This document shows, in pieces, positions 8,554-17,629 of a stretch of 60,487 nt of DNA. The notes beneath the pieces were generated by a model. That model worked only from the letters and a program-made list of their open reading frames with translations, had not been told where the DNA came from and ran no database searches. The position numbers and the translations under genes are program-made. The DNA is from Flavobacteriales bacterium (GTDB lineage: Bacteria > Bacteroidota > Bacteroidia > Flavobacteriales_F > PHOS-HE28): contig JAGQVN010000139.1 in NCBI GenBank assembly GCA_020437905.1, forward strand, positions 1 through 60,487, in the 5' to 3' direction. Within the stretch, counting starts at the first letter, position 1. The number at the start of each line of letters is the position of its first letter.

Positions 8554-9300
8554 ATGACCACCGTTATCGTTGATGACGAACAACATTGCTTGGATGCGCT
8601 TTCCGGACTGCTGGAACGCAAGCATCCCGACCTGGAGATCTTGGGCATGGCGAGCTCCGTGTCGGAAGGCTTGGACATGATACGCGCGCATCGACCGGAT
8701 GTCCTTTTCCTGGACATCGAGATCGGGGACAGGACAGGCTTCGACCTGCTCCAATCGCTGGGCCCTGACAGGCCGCATGTGATCTTCACCACGGCACACG
8801 AAAGCTATGCGGTGAAGGCCATCCGCTTTTCAGCGCTCGATTACCTCCTGAAACCCATCGATCCGGATGAATTGGAGGATGCGCTCAAGAAGGTGATCAA
8901 GGCAACGCGAGGTACTCAGAATGCCGATCAGTTCCTCTCCCTGCTCCAGAACCTGTCCGGCGCGAAGGAACGGGCCGGAAAGATCGCCCTGCCTGTTGCG
9001 GATGGTCTCGAGATGGTGAACACCGAGGATATCATGTATTGCGAATCGGACAGCAACTACACGGTGGTCCATCGCAGGGACCAGAAACGCCTGGTCATTT
9101 CCAGAACGCTCAAGGAGTTCGAGGACATGTTGGCGGAACAGGGTTTCGTACGGGTGCACCACAGCTACCTGATCAATGTGAAGCACGTCCAGAAGTATAT
9201 CCGTGGTGAAGGAGGCGAGGTAATCATGAACGATGGGACGAACGTGGCTGTTTCCAGACGGAAGAAGCAGGAGCTCATGGACAGCCTCGAACGGATGTAG
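8554..9300 (+). CDS. LytTR-family response regulator (receiver + LytTR DNA-binding domain)
   Basis: The receiver domain shows VIVDDE...LFLDIEIGDRTGFDLL...DYLLKPI. The LytTR domain shows DIMYCESDSNYTVVH...ISRTLKEFEDML...FVRVHHSYLINVKHV...VSRRKK. Confidence 0.92.
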   Translation: MTTVIVDDEQHCLDALSGLLERKHPDLEILGMASSVSEGLDMIRAHRPDVLFLDIEIGDRTGFDLLQSLGPDRPHVIFTTAHESYAVKAIRFSALDYLLKPIDPDELEDALKKVIKATRGTQNADQFLSLLQNLSGAKERAGKIALPVADGLEMVNTEDIMYCESDSNYTVVHRRDQKRLVISRTLKEFEDMLAEQGFVRVHHSYLINVKHVQKYIRGEGGEVIMNDGTNVAVSRRKKQELMDSLERM

Positions 9301-9318
9301 ACCAGCCGGTCGCCCGGC

Positions 9319-9774
9319 TCAATTGGAGAGCATTCCCTTCACGAGAGCTGCCATGGTCGCCCCTTCGGCACGATCGCCGAACCTTTGTCCAGCGGCCGCC
9401 ATGATCTTACCCATGTCGCGCATGGAGGCTGCGCCAAGCTCCTCGATCAACGCCGACAAGCCTTGTCGCAGCTCCTCCTCGGACATCAATGATGGCATGT
9501 ACTCCGCAATTACCGCAGCCTGAGCGCGCTCCTCGGCCGCAAGGTCCTCCCTGCCCTGTTCGGTATATATGGCAGCAGCTTCGCTGCGCTGCTTGGTCAG
9601 GCGTTGAAGCAAACGGATGCCCTCCCGCTCGTCCAGCGATGCCCCACCCTCCCGGGTAAGCTCGAGCAGAATGGCTGATTTGATGGCACGGAGGGCATTT
9701 GCGCGCCCCGGATCCCTGGCTTTCATGGCCACAAGGAGATCGGTCTCCACACGGGTCCTGAGCTCCTTCATCAA
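9319..9774 (-). CDS. yqeY: GatB/YqeY domain protein
   Basis: 151-aa helical protein with LVAMKARD...LRAIKSAILL... and ...EEELRQGLSALIEELGA.SMRDMGKIM, typical of YqeY. It overlaps the ftsZ stop by 4 nt. Confidence 0.85.
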   Translation of the reverse strand: MMKELRTRVETDLLVAMKARDPGRANALRAIKSAILLELTREGGASLDEREGIRLLQRLTKQRSEAAAIYTEQGREDLAAEERAQAAVIAEYMPSLMSEEELRQGLSALIEELGAASMRDMGKIMAAAGQRFGDRAEGATMAALVKGMLSN

Positions 9775-11348
9775 TCCACGTTGTCGTGCAAATAAGGGTT
9801 GTTCCGTTTCAATTCCACACGCCGCTCTCCGTTCTCGTCCTGCTCCTCGTTCAAGGTATATCGGCTCACCGAGCTATCCGAGCTCTTGGGACCCTCATTG
9901 AGCTCGATGTTCTTGCGCTTGTATGCCGGCTCCCGCTCCATATCGCTGATGCCGTTGGGTGAATGCAGTCGCATGGTTAGCTCGCGCATGCGTGAAAGCC
10001 GCTCCTCAACGCGTACATGATGCCCTGTGGTATCCACCCGGTCCTGACCACTGGCTCGCTCAATTGCCTTTCCGGTCGTTTCGGAGGGCTCAAGGCCGAC
10101 CGGATCGTTCAGATCGAACACGCGCTTTTCAAATGGGGGGGTGTTGCTGACATTGGATACCTCGAGATCGATGCTCTTCTCGGACCCGACGGTCGGATCG
10201 ACCAACTCTGCGGCTGGCTTCAGATAGGGTTCGTTCGGTGACCCCTCCTGCTTTTCCGGGTCTTCCTTCTGCTCTGCCGGCTTCACGGCCACCGGATTCT
10301 CGATGGGCTTGGTGATCATGGTCGGAACGTCCGCATCCAGGGGAATGACCATGCGCTCCGAAGGTTGCTCACCAACGTGTCCCGTCCTGGTGTTCATGTG
10401 GAAACCGGTCGCGATCACGGTGACGCGAAGCCGCTGCTCCAGGTTCTCGTCCCTGCAATAGCCCCAGATCACATCCGCGCTCGACCCGGCGGCCTCCTGA
10501 ATGTGATCGGTGATCTCGGTGATCTCATCCATCAGGACCTCCTGGGTCCCATGCGTGATGTTCAACAGGACGAACTTGGCTCCTTGGATGTCGTTGTCGT
10601 TGAGCAGGGGTGATGCAAGCGCCTCCTGTGCGGCGCGGATCGCCCTGTCCTCCCCTTCTGCCTCTGCCATGCCCATGATGGCCACGCCACTATCGCTCAT
10701 CACGGTCTTGACATCCTCGAAATCCACATTCACCTTGCCGGTCATTGTGATGATCTCGGCGATGCCTCGCGCCGCGGTCGTCAGCACGTTGTCGGCGTGA
10801 CCGAAGGCGTTGTCCAGGGAAAGGTTCCCGAACAGGTCACGGAGGCGATCGTTGTTGATCACCAGCAGCGTATCGACACAACCACGCAACTCTTCGATAC
10901 CGATACCGGCCTGTTGCTTGCGCTTGCGTCCCTCCCATTGGAACGGCATCGTCACGATCCCAACGGTCAGGATGCCCATCTCACGGGCGATACTGGCGAT
11001 CACCGGAGCTGCTCCGGTACCCGTGCCACCACCCATTCCGGCCGTGATGAACACCATCTTGGTCCGTGTGCTGAGCAACTGTTTGATCTCCTCCACGTTC
11101 TCGCGTGCACTGTCGCGTCCCCGGTCGGGAATGCTGCCGGCGCCCAGCCCATCCGTGAGCGCTACTCCCAACTGCAGCTTGACCGGCACCGGGCTCATTT
11201 CCAGCGCCTGCTTGTCCGTGTTGCAGATGATGAAGTCGACACCCTTGATGCCTTGATCGAACATGTGGTTCACAGCATTGCTGCCACCGCCTCCCACGCC
11301 GATCACTTTGATGATGGAGGATAGTTCCTTGGGAAGATCGAATTTCAT
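9771..11348 (-). CDS. ftsZ: cell division GTPase FtsZ (long C-terminal linker)
   Basis: The start at 11348 gives MKFDLPKE..IKVIGVGGGGSNAV. The tubulin signature GGGTGTGAAP is present, and a long disordered linker follows. The upstream 12 codons of the ORF were discarded. Confidence 0.97.
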   Translation of the reverse strand: MKFDLPKELSSIIKVIGVGGGGSNAVNHMFDQGIKGVDFIICNTDKQALEMSPVPVKLQLGVALTDGLGAGSIPDRGRDSARENVEEIKQLLSTRTKMVFITAGMGGGTGTGAAPVIASIAREMGILTVGIVTMPFQWEGRKRKQQAGIGIEELRGCVDTLLVINNDRLRDLFGNLSLDNAFGHADNVLTTAARGIAEIITMTGKVNVDFEDVKTVMSDSGVAIMGMAEAEGEDRAIRAAQEALASPLLNDNDIQGAKFVLLNITHGTQEVLMDEITEITDHIQEAAGSSADVIWGYCRDENLEQRLRVTVIATGFHMNTRTGHVGEQPSERMVIPLDADVPTMITKPIENPVAVKPAEQKEDPEKQEGSPNEPYLKPAAELVDPTVGSEKSIDLEVSNVSNTPPFEKRVFDLNDPVGLEPSETTGKAIERASGQDRVDTTGHHVRVEERLSRMRELTMRLHSPNGISDMEREPAYKRKNIELNEGPKSSDSSVSRYTLNEEQDENGERRVELKRNNPYLHDNVD

Positions 11349-11380
11349 GACTTTCTTTTTTTGACAGGTGGAAGGTTCGT

Positions 11381-12664
11381 TCAAACGTCGTCCTCGTTGA
11401 GGATCTCGGAGGCCTTGTTGAGGACCTTGTCGAAGAAGCTGCCCATGCGGCTCCCCTGACTGTGCCCTTTCACGCGGTCCTTGTTCTCTTTCTGTTGTGG
11501 TCTGCGTTTCTCCAGATGGTCCAGGCCTTTCATCACCAGACCGACACCTGTGGCGAACAAGGGACTTGTCACTTGTTCCACATCGCTCTTTGCCAGGTGT
11601 TCATTGGGATATCCTATCCGCGAGGGCATCCCGGTCATGTACTCGACCAGTTGCCGAAGATGACGGAGCTGGGCACCACCGCCGGTCAGCACCACACCGG
11701 CGATCAACTGTTTCTCGATCGCGCTGTTCTTGATCTCGAAGTACACATGCTCCATGATCTCCTCCATCCTGCTCTGGATGATCTGGGCCAGGGTCCTCAG
11801 GCTGATCTCCTTCGGGTCCCGCCCGCGCAGACCCGGGATACACACCACCTCGTTCTCCTTGTTCTCCGCAGCCAATGCACTGCCGAACTTCACTTTGAGC
11901 AATTCGGCCTGCTCACGCATGATGCCGCATCCCTGACGAATGTCCTCCGTCACCACGTTCCCACCGAAAGGGATCACGGCTGTGTGACGGATGATGCCGT
12001 CGAAGAAAATGGCGATGTCGGTGGTGCCACCACCGATATCGACCAATACGACACCGGCTTCCTTCTCCTCGTCGCTCAACACCGCATCGGCGCTCGCGAG
12101 CGGCTCCAGGATCACCTCGGTGATCTCCAGGCCAGCACGATGGACGCATTTATTGATGTTACGTGCCGCCGTGACCTGACCACTGATGATATGGAAGTTC
12201 GCTTCCAGCCGTACGCCGCTCATACCGATGGGGTCACGGATGCCCTGTTCGCCGTCCACGATATACTCCTGCGGAAGCACATGGATGATCTCCTCCCCGG
12301 GAGGCATGACCAACTTGTACATGTCATCGATGAGCAGGTCGATATCCTCCTGTCGGATCTCGTCCTCCAAGCTTTGGCGCGTGATCATGCCACGGTGGTG
12401 CATACTGCGGATATGCTGACCGGCGATGCCCACGTTCACGGTGCCGATATCAACCCCGGAATTGTCCTCGGCCTCCCGTATGGCGGCACTGATGCTTTCC
12501 ACGGTCTTCTGGATGTTGGCCACCATTCCCCGGCTGACGCCATCGGACCGGGAACGACCCATACCCAGGATCTCGATCTTTCCCAGCTCATTCTTCCGCC
12601 CAACGATGCAGGCGATCTTGGTTGTTCCGATATCAAGTCCGGCTACGATCTCTTGGTTGTCCAT
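11381..12664 (-). CDS. ftsA: cell division protein FtsA
   Basis: Actin-fold motifs GLDIGTTKIACIV and VLVDIGGGTTDIAIF are present, along with a C-terminal amphipathic segment. Confidence 0.95.
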   Translation of the reverse strand: MDNQEIVAGLDIGTTKIACIVGRKNELGKIEILGMGRSRSDGVSRGMVANIQKTVESISAAIREAEDNSGVDIGTVNVGIAGQHIRSMHHRGMITRQSLEDEIRQEDIDLLIDDMYKLVMPPGEEIIHVLPQEYIVDGEQGIRDPIGMSGVRLEANFHIISGQVTAARNINKCVHRAGLEITEVILEPLASADAVLSDEEKEAGVVLVDIGGGTTDIAIFFDGIIRHTAVIPFGGNVVTEDIRQGCGIMREQAELLKVKFGSALAAENKENEVVCIPGLRGRDPKEISLRTLAQIIQSRMEEIMEHVYFEIKNSAIEKQLIAGVVLTGGGAQLRHLRQLVEYMTGMPSRIGYPNEHLAKSDVEQVTSPLFATGVGLVMKGLDHLEKRRPQQKENKDRVKGHSQGSRMGSFFDKVLNKASEILNEDDV

Positions 12665-12676
12665 GGCTGTGCGTAC

Positions 12677-13480
12677 TTAGAGCGTTGGTCTTTTGGTGCA
12701 AACGACCTGATCGGCAAATCGCAGGTCGATGGTGGAATAGCGGCGACTGTCGGCCTGATGAAGGCCCTTGTCGTAGAAAATGCGGAGCTTCTCCAATCGG
12801 TGGTCCAGGTCGGATCCATCACCGATCAGGATGTGATGCATCCCGACAATGGGGATCAGTTCGAATTGTCCGTTCGCGTGAACGACGACCTGGTCGAAAA
12901 GCGAACGCCATTGGGGATCGGCATCAATGGCCTTGGCGAGTCGATACAGTCCGGGTAAATGGGTCCCGGCCCATGTGCTGTCACCGGAAAGGACATGGCG
13001 GACCTGTTCTGACACGTCCGGTGCCCTCACCGCACCCAGTGCCACGAGAACACGAGGCGAATGGACCGGGCTTGTGGGCATGGCATATCCATTGCGGTCG
13101 AGATAGAGCCCTTTCCCTTCCTTCATCATGACACGCACAAGTGGGACCCGTTGGTCGACCTTCACATGCAGCACTCCATCCATGGTGCTGTACACCTCGG
13201 CGTTCGCGATGGCAGGCACCTCGCGCAGCCGATCCTCAATTACCCGGAGGTCCATGCGACCCAAGGGCACACCCATGATACCGCTCTGGTCCGTCAGCAT
13301 GATGTTCCGGACCATGGCCTCGTCGATGAACTGCACCTCCCCGAGGCCCTGCACCTCGATCCGGATGTCATTGACCGGCATGCTCTCCGATGTGCTTTCA
13401 ACAAAGCCAAGCAATGCAGCCACGGATACGAGCCCCACGGACATGGCGACCAACTTGAGCATGCGCTTCCCTGCTTTCAT
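12677..13480 (-). CDS. ftsQ: cell division protein FtsQ
   Basis: Single N-terminal TM segment followed by a POTRA-like region. It sits between murC and ftsA and overlaps the murC stop by 4 nt. Confidence 0.8.
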   Translation of the reverse strand: MKAGKRMLKLVAMSVGLVSVAALLGFVESTSESMPVNDIRIEVQGLGEVQFIDEAMVRNIMLTDQSGIMGVPLGRMDLRVIEDRLREVPAIANAEVYSTMDGVLHVKVDQRVPLVRVMMKEGKGLYLDRNGYAMPTSPVHSPRVLVALGAVRAPDVSEQVRHVLSGDSTWAGTHLPGLYRLAKAIDADPQWRSLFDQVVVHANGQFELIPIVGMHHILIGDGSDLDHRLEKLRIFYDKGLHQADSRRYSTIDLRFADQVVCTKRPTL

Positions 13481-14844
13481 GATGCACTTCGTTCTGTGAG
13501 TTCTGCCGCAAGCGCAGGCACGATGCTATCAATGCTTCCCGCTCCCAATGTGAGAAGCACATCCAGGGAGAGCCCCGACAATTCGGACCTCACTTCCTCA
13601 AGGGTCATGCAACGCTTCCGAGCCAGGGGTATCAGGTCCAGGAGCTTTCGGCTTGTGACCCCAGGTATCGGTCGCTCCCGGGCCGGGTAGATGTCCAGCA
13701 AGATCAACTCATCGAGAGCGCCCAGGCTACGCGCGAACTCGACCGCAAGGTCCCGGGTCCTGGAATAGAGATGAGGTTGGAACACCCCAGTGATCCGGCG
13801 ACCGGGCCAGAGCTCACGTACGGATCGGATGGCCGCATCGATCTCGGCCGGGTGGTGGGCATAATCATCGACAAAGACCAGCTCCGGTGTGTTCACATGG
13901 ACCTGAAAGCGGCGCTGTACTCCCTTGAACGAAGCGATCCCCCTACGCACTTGATCGTCGTCCAGACCCAGGTGCAAGCCCATGGCGGCCGCAGCACATG
14001 CGTTCTCAACGTTGTGCCTTCCGGGCATACCCGCTCTGATCCCCGTCAGCGTGGTGTCTTCCGTGAACAGGTCGAACTGATAGGCACCATCCTTGACGAT
14101 CACGTTGGTCACGCGGATGGTGGAGTCCTTTTCGAAACCATATGCACGGACGGGCCTGTCCACGAAATGGAAAGCAACGCGATCATTCACCAACAACTGT
14201 CCCGAGCATCGATCAGCGAAATCACGATATGCGGCCCGCATGTCCTCCACGGAACCGTAGATGTCCAAGTGATCGGGATCCATGGAGGTGATGATGGCAT
14301 CGACCGGGTCCAAATGCAGGAAACTGCGATCGAACTCATCGGCCTCCACGATGTTCGAAACGGCATCGTCGTGCAACAGGACGTTGGTGCCATAATTGGC
14401 TGCGACCCCCCCCAGGAAGGCATTCACGGAAACACCGCCTTCGCTCATCATGTGCGCCAGCATGCTGCTTACCGTGGTCTTTCCATGGGTGCCGGCAACA
14501 GCAGTGGTGGGTAGGTCACGCGTGATGGCACCCAACAGTTCGGCACGTTTCACGATACGTGCTCCGAGCTCCTTCCAGTACTTCAGCAAGGGCAGATCGC
14601 AAGGGACAGCCGGGGTACGGACCACAAGGACGTCCGGGTCCATGCTGAACGCCTGCGCAAGCTTCTCCGGATCGGCGTCGAAGGTGACGTCGATGCCCTC
14701 CTCGGTCAATGCCTTGGTCATCGAGGATATGCTCCGATCGTACCCTGCAACCAATGCTCCCTTTCGCGCGAAGTAGCGGGCCAGGCCGCTCATCCCTATC
14801 CCTCCTATCCCCACGAAGAAGATCTTATGTGGGACCGTTCTCAT
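13477..14844 (-). CDS. murC: UDP-N-acetylmuramate--L-alanine ligase
   Basis: The start at 14844 gives MRTVPHKIFFVGIGGIGMSGLA, and the ATGA overlaps the murG stop. Mur ligase motifs GTHGKTT and DDYAHHP are present. The ORF-track extension to 15108 lies inside murG. Confidence 0.93.
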   Translation of the reverse strand: MRTVPHKIFFVGIGGIGMSGLARYFARKGALVAGYDRSISSMTKALTEEGIDVTFDADPEKLAQAFSMDPDVLVVRTPAVPCDLPLLKYWKELGARIVKRAELLGAITRDLPTTAVAGTHGKTTVSSMLAHMMSEGGVSVNAFLGGVAANYGTNVLLHDDAVSNIVEADEFDRSFLHLDPVDAIITSMDPDHLDIYGSVEDMRAAYRDFADRCSGQLLVNDRVAFHFVDRPVRAYGFEKDSTIRVTNVIVKDGAYQFDLFTEDTTLTGIRAGMPGRHNVENACAAAAMGLHLGLDDDQVRRGIASFKGVQRRFQVHVNTPELVFVDDYAHHPAEIDAAIRSVRELWPGRRITGVFQPHLYSRTRDLAVEFARSLGALDELILLDIYPARERPIPGVTSRKLLDLIPLARKRCMTLEEVRSELSGLSLDVLLTLGAGSIDSIVPALAAELTERSAS

Positions 14845-15944
14845 GCGCGTGCGGTCCTTATCACCTCGGCAGCGATCGCCTCCCCTGCGTTCGCCCTGCC
14901 CGAACCAAGCATGTTCTTCCTTAACCGCAGGAGCGCCTGCTGATCGTTCAGCAAGCCGAGGATACGATCGCCCAATCCGGTAGGCGCATCGGCATCGCTC
15001 ATGAGGATCGCGGCTCCGCGATCGCTCAATGCCCGCGCATTCCTGGTCTGATGGTCCTCGGCAGCGGTGGGAAGCGGAACGAGGATGGCAGGTAGCTCGA
15101 CCAGGCACAACTCGCTCACACTGCTCGCCCCCGCGCGGGCCACCACGAGATCAGCCACGGCATAGGCCAGGTCCATGCGATCGAGAAAAGCACGCACCTT
15201 GCAATCACCGTATCGCTGAGCGGCAACGGCCTCCTCAGCTTCGGCAAGGAACGGCATGCCGGTCTGCCAGATCACCTGAACACCCGCCCCTTTCAATTTG
15301 GGCAGCGCGTTGAGCATACCCTTGTTGATCCCGCGAGCTCCCAGGCTTCCTCCGGTGATCAACACGATCGGTCTTCCCGTCGTCAAACCGAAATGCTCCA
15401 ACCCGCGCGGGCGCTTGCCCTGCAGGCGAACGACCTCGTTCCGCACAGGATTACCGGTCAGAAGGATCTTCTCCTTGGGGAAATAGCGATCCATTCCCTC
15501 GTAGGCCACACAGATGCGGTCGGCCCTGCGGGCAAGCATCCGGTTCGTGGCTCCGGCATGACTGTTCTGTTCCTGGATCACAGTAGGAATGCGCATGCGC
15601 TGAGCCACGGCCAACAATGGCCCACTCGCATATCCTCCCACACCAACGACCACATCGGGCGCGAACGTTCGAAGGAGACAGCGCGCTTTCCAAAGGCTAG
15701 CGATCAGTCGGAAGGGAAGCGAAAGGTTCTTCAGGATGGAGCCTCGCTGGAACCCACGGATCGGCAATCCAACGATCTCAAAGCCCGCCTCGGGCACCTT
15801 TTTCATCTCCATCTTCCCCAGCGCACCAACGAACAGGAAACGGGCATCGGGAACCGCGGCACGGATCGCATTGGCGATCGCGATCGCCGGGAAAATGTGT
15901 CCTCCGGTGCCCCCTCCGCTTATCATGACCTTAAGTGTCGCCAT
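14841..15944 (-). CDS. murG: undecaprenyldiphospho-muramoylpentapeptide beta-N-acetylglucosaminyltransferase
   Basis: N-terminal ISGGGTGGHIFPAIAIA is present, followed by a GT28 C-terminal region with ITGGSLGA. Confidence 0.95.
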   Translation of the reverse strand: MATLKVMISGGGTGGHIFPAIAIANAIRAAVPDARFLFVGALGKMEMKKVPEAGFEIVGLPIRGFQRGSILKNLSLPFRLIASLWKARCLLRTFAPDVVVGVGGYASGPLLAVAQRMRIPTVIQEQNSHAGATNRMLARRADRICVAYEGMDRYFPKEKILLTGNPVRNEVVRLQGKRPRGLEHFGLTTGRPIVLITGGSLGARGINKGMLNALPKLKGAGVQVIWQTGMPFLAEAEEAVAAQRYGDCKVRAFLDRMDLAYAVADLVVARAGASSVSELCLVELPAILVPLPTAAEDHQTRNARALSDRGAAILMSDADAPTGLGDRILGLLNDQQALLRLRKNMLGSGRANAGEAIAAEVIRTARA

Positions 15945-17094
15945 GTTCCTTGCCGTCGTTCTTGCCAGAGGAGCATTCCCTGCTCACGCTCAGGATCATT
16001 CCAATGGACAGGCATGTGAACCAGATGGAGGTCCCTCCCATGCTGACCAGGGGAAGAGGTTGACCGGTCACCGGCACGAGGTTCACGGCCACGGCCATGT
16101 TCACCATGGCCTGCATGACCAAGGACAAACCGAGACCAATGGCCATGAGCGAACCGAAGACCTTCGTGCAACGGGTGGCCGTGACCACGACCCGACCGAG
16201 AAGGATCAGGTACAACAGGAGCAGCCCCAGACCGCCCAGGATGGAACCGTACTCCTCAACGATGAACGCATAGATCATGTCCGAGTAGGGGTGTGGAAGG
16301 AAGTTCCGCGAAACACCCGATCCGGGACCGTTGGGGAGCAATCCACCACTGGCGATCGCGATCTTGGCATGTTCCACCTGATAGTTGCTCTCATGATCTG
16401 GTGTACCGAAACTTTCAATGCGCATCAACCAGGTATCCATTCGGGGGAGCAGGCCAGGCAACGCCTTTGCGAGGACCATTAACAGGGCGAACGATACCGC
16501 GGCCAGGAGCAGAACGGCCAAGAGGTGCCTCAACCTGGCGCCACCGATGAACAGCATCACGAAACACACCGAGAACAGCAGGGCAGCCGTGGAAAAGTTG
16601 GCAGGCAATATCAATCCACAGATCACCCCGACCGGCAGCATGGCGTGCAGTAACAGACCTCTGAACGTCCGAACCTCCTCAGGATGCTTGTGAAGTACGC
16701 GTGCCAGATAAACGATGAGCACCACCTTGGCCAGATCGCTGGTCTGAAAGCTCTGTCCGATGACCGGGATCCGCAACCACCGACTGGCATCGTTCAGGTT
16801 CGTGCCGATCAGCAGTGTGACCAGCAACAGGGCAGCTGTGGCCCAGAAGAGCATCTGACCGATCCGCGCGTAGGCCCCGTACTTCAAACGATGAGCGTAG
16901 TACATGATCAACCCACCCGTGGCGAGCATCGTACCGTGCTTGAGCAGGAAATGGAACGTGCTTCCCCCCTCATACTTGAACGCCAACGACGCGATCGAGC
17001 TGTAAACGGCCAGCAAGCTCACCAATCCCAGGAACAGGGCCACCATCCAGATGGTCCTGTCCCCGCGCAAGTGTTGGTCGAACAGCTGTGTCAT
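15931..17094 (-). CDS. ftsW: FtsW/SEDS peptidoglycan polymerase
   Basis: 10-TM SEDS-like protein with the conserved C-terminal LPLVSMGGTS motif. It sits at the expected dcw position. Confidence 0.93.
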   Translation of the reverse strand: MTQLFDQHLRGDRTIWMVALFLGLVSLLAVYSSIASLAFKYEGGSTFHFLLKHGTMLATGGLIMYYAHRLKYGAYARIGQMLFWATAALLLVTLLIGTNLNDASRWLRIPVIGQSFQTSDLAKVVLIVYLARVLHKHPEEVRTFRGLLLHAMLPVGVICGLILPANFSTAALLFSVCFVMLFIGGARLRHLLAVLLLAAVSFALLMVLAKALPGLLPRMDTWLMRIESFGTPDHESNYQVEHAKIAIASGGLLPNGPGSGVSRNFLPHPYSDMIYAFIVEEYGSILGGLGLLLLYLILLGRVVVTATRCTKVFGSLMAIGLGLSLVMQAMVNMAVAVNLVPVTGQPLPLVSMGGTSIWFTCLSIGMILSVSRECSSGKNDGKEHGDT

Positions 17095-17103
17095 CGTTCT
17101 ATC

Positions 17104-17610
17104 TCAAAGGTCCCTTACGGCCTGTTTGAACGCCATTCCACGTTCCTCGTAGTTGGCATAACCTTCACCGCTTGGACAACCCGGGCTGAAGAGTACCGTC
17201 TCACCCTGGCGTGCAAGCTCACGGGCAAGAAAGCAGGCCGTGCGGACCTCCAACGCGAAATACACATGCTCCACGAAGGGGTCCAGAGCATCCAGGTTCC
17301 TTTCGGCCTCCGTTCCGAACAGCACCACGGCCACCACTTTGTTGCGCAACAGATCATGGGGACCACCGGAACCCAATTCAACCGGCAGACATCCGGAGAT
17401 CCATATCACCGGACCCTGAACGCGATCGAGCGAGCGGAGCGTGGCATCGAGGAACGTTGCCTTGGAGTCGTTGATGTAGTTCACGCCATCCACCTCAGCG
17501 ACGTGCTCCAGGTCATGTGCCTGGGCGGTCGACCGGTCCAGGGCATGGATACGCGCTTCGACCAGGGCCTTCCCTGCGGTAGTGGATGTTCGGCGGTGTG
17601 TCTCGTTCAT
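17104..17610 (-). CDS. stand-alone Mur ligase C-terminal domain protein (diverged paralog of the MurD C-terminal domain)
   Basis: The 168-aa ORF aligns by eye to MurD residues about 300-443 encoded just upstream. Shared motifs, MurD version/this ORF, are [88 protein letters not shown]. The gap to the murD stop is 19 nt and to the ftsW start 9 nt. Confidence 0.6.
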   Translation of the reverse strand: MNETHRRTSTTAGKALVEARIHALDRSTAQAHDLEHVAEVDGVNYINDSKATFLDATLRSLDRVQGPVIWISGCLPVELGSGGPHDLLRNKVVAVVLFGTEAERNLDALDPFVEHVYFALEVRTACFLARELARQGETVLFSPGCPSGEGYANYEERGMAFKQAVRDL

Positions 17611-17629
17611 GATGCGTTGTCTATCACAT

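Noticed and set aside
8294-8573. Alternative-frame ORFs 8294-8527 and 8385-8573 near the end of ORF 7996-8463
   Set aside because: I considered them as the true coding frames for the odd-looking 3' region. Both translations are Arg/Pro/Ser/His-rich and even less protein-like, so neither is supported.
9304-9319. AGCCGG-tcgc-CCGGCT hairpin between the convergent LytTR and yqeY genes, considered as a bidirectional terminator
   Set aside because: The stem is only 6 bp, there is no flanking T or A run, and it overlaps the yqeY stop codon. It is too weak to report as a feature.
11462-12958. 498-aa plus-strand ORF
   Set aside because: It is antisense to ftsA and ftsQ, with His/Asp/Leu/Gly-rich composition and no motifs. 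I treat it as a shadow ORF.
14406-14413. C8/G8 homopolymer tracts inside essential genes (murC 14406-14413, murD 17914-17921, mrp P-loop 47274-47281) as possible phase-variation sites
   Set aside because: They encode conserved Gly-Gly motifs (GGGGGG codons) in essential housekeeping genes of a GC-rich genome. Slippage would be lethal rather than regulatory, and no contingency-locus context exists.
14845-15108. N-terminal 88-codon extension of the murC ORF
   Set aside because: It lies inside murG and is Arg/Cys/Gly-rich. The conserved MurC N-terminus (KIFFVGIGGIGMSGLA) follows the ATG at 14844, which forms an ATGA overlap with the murG stop.
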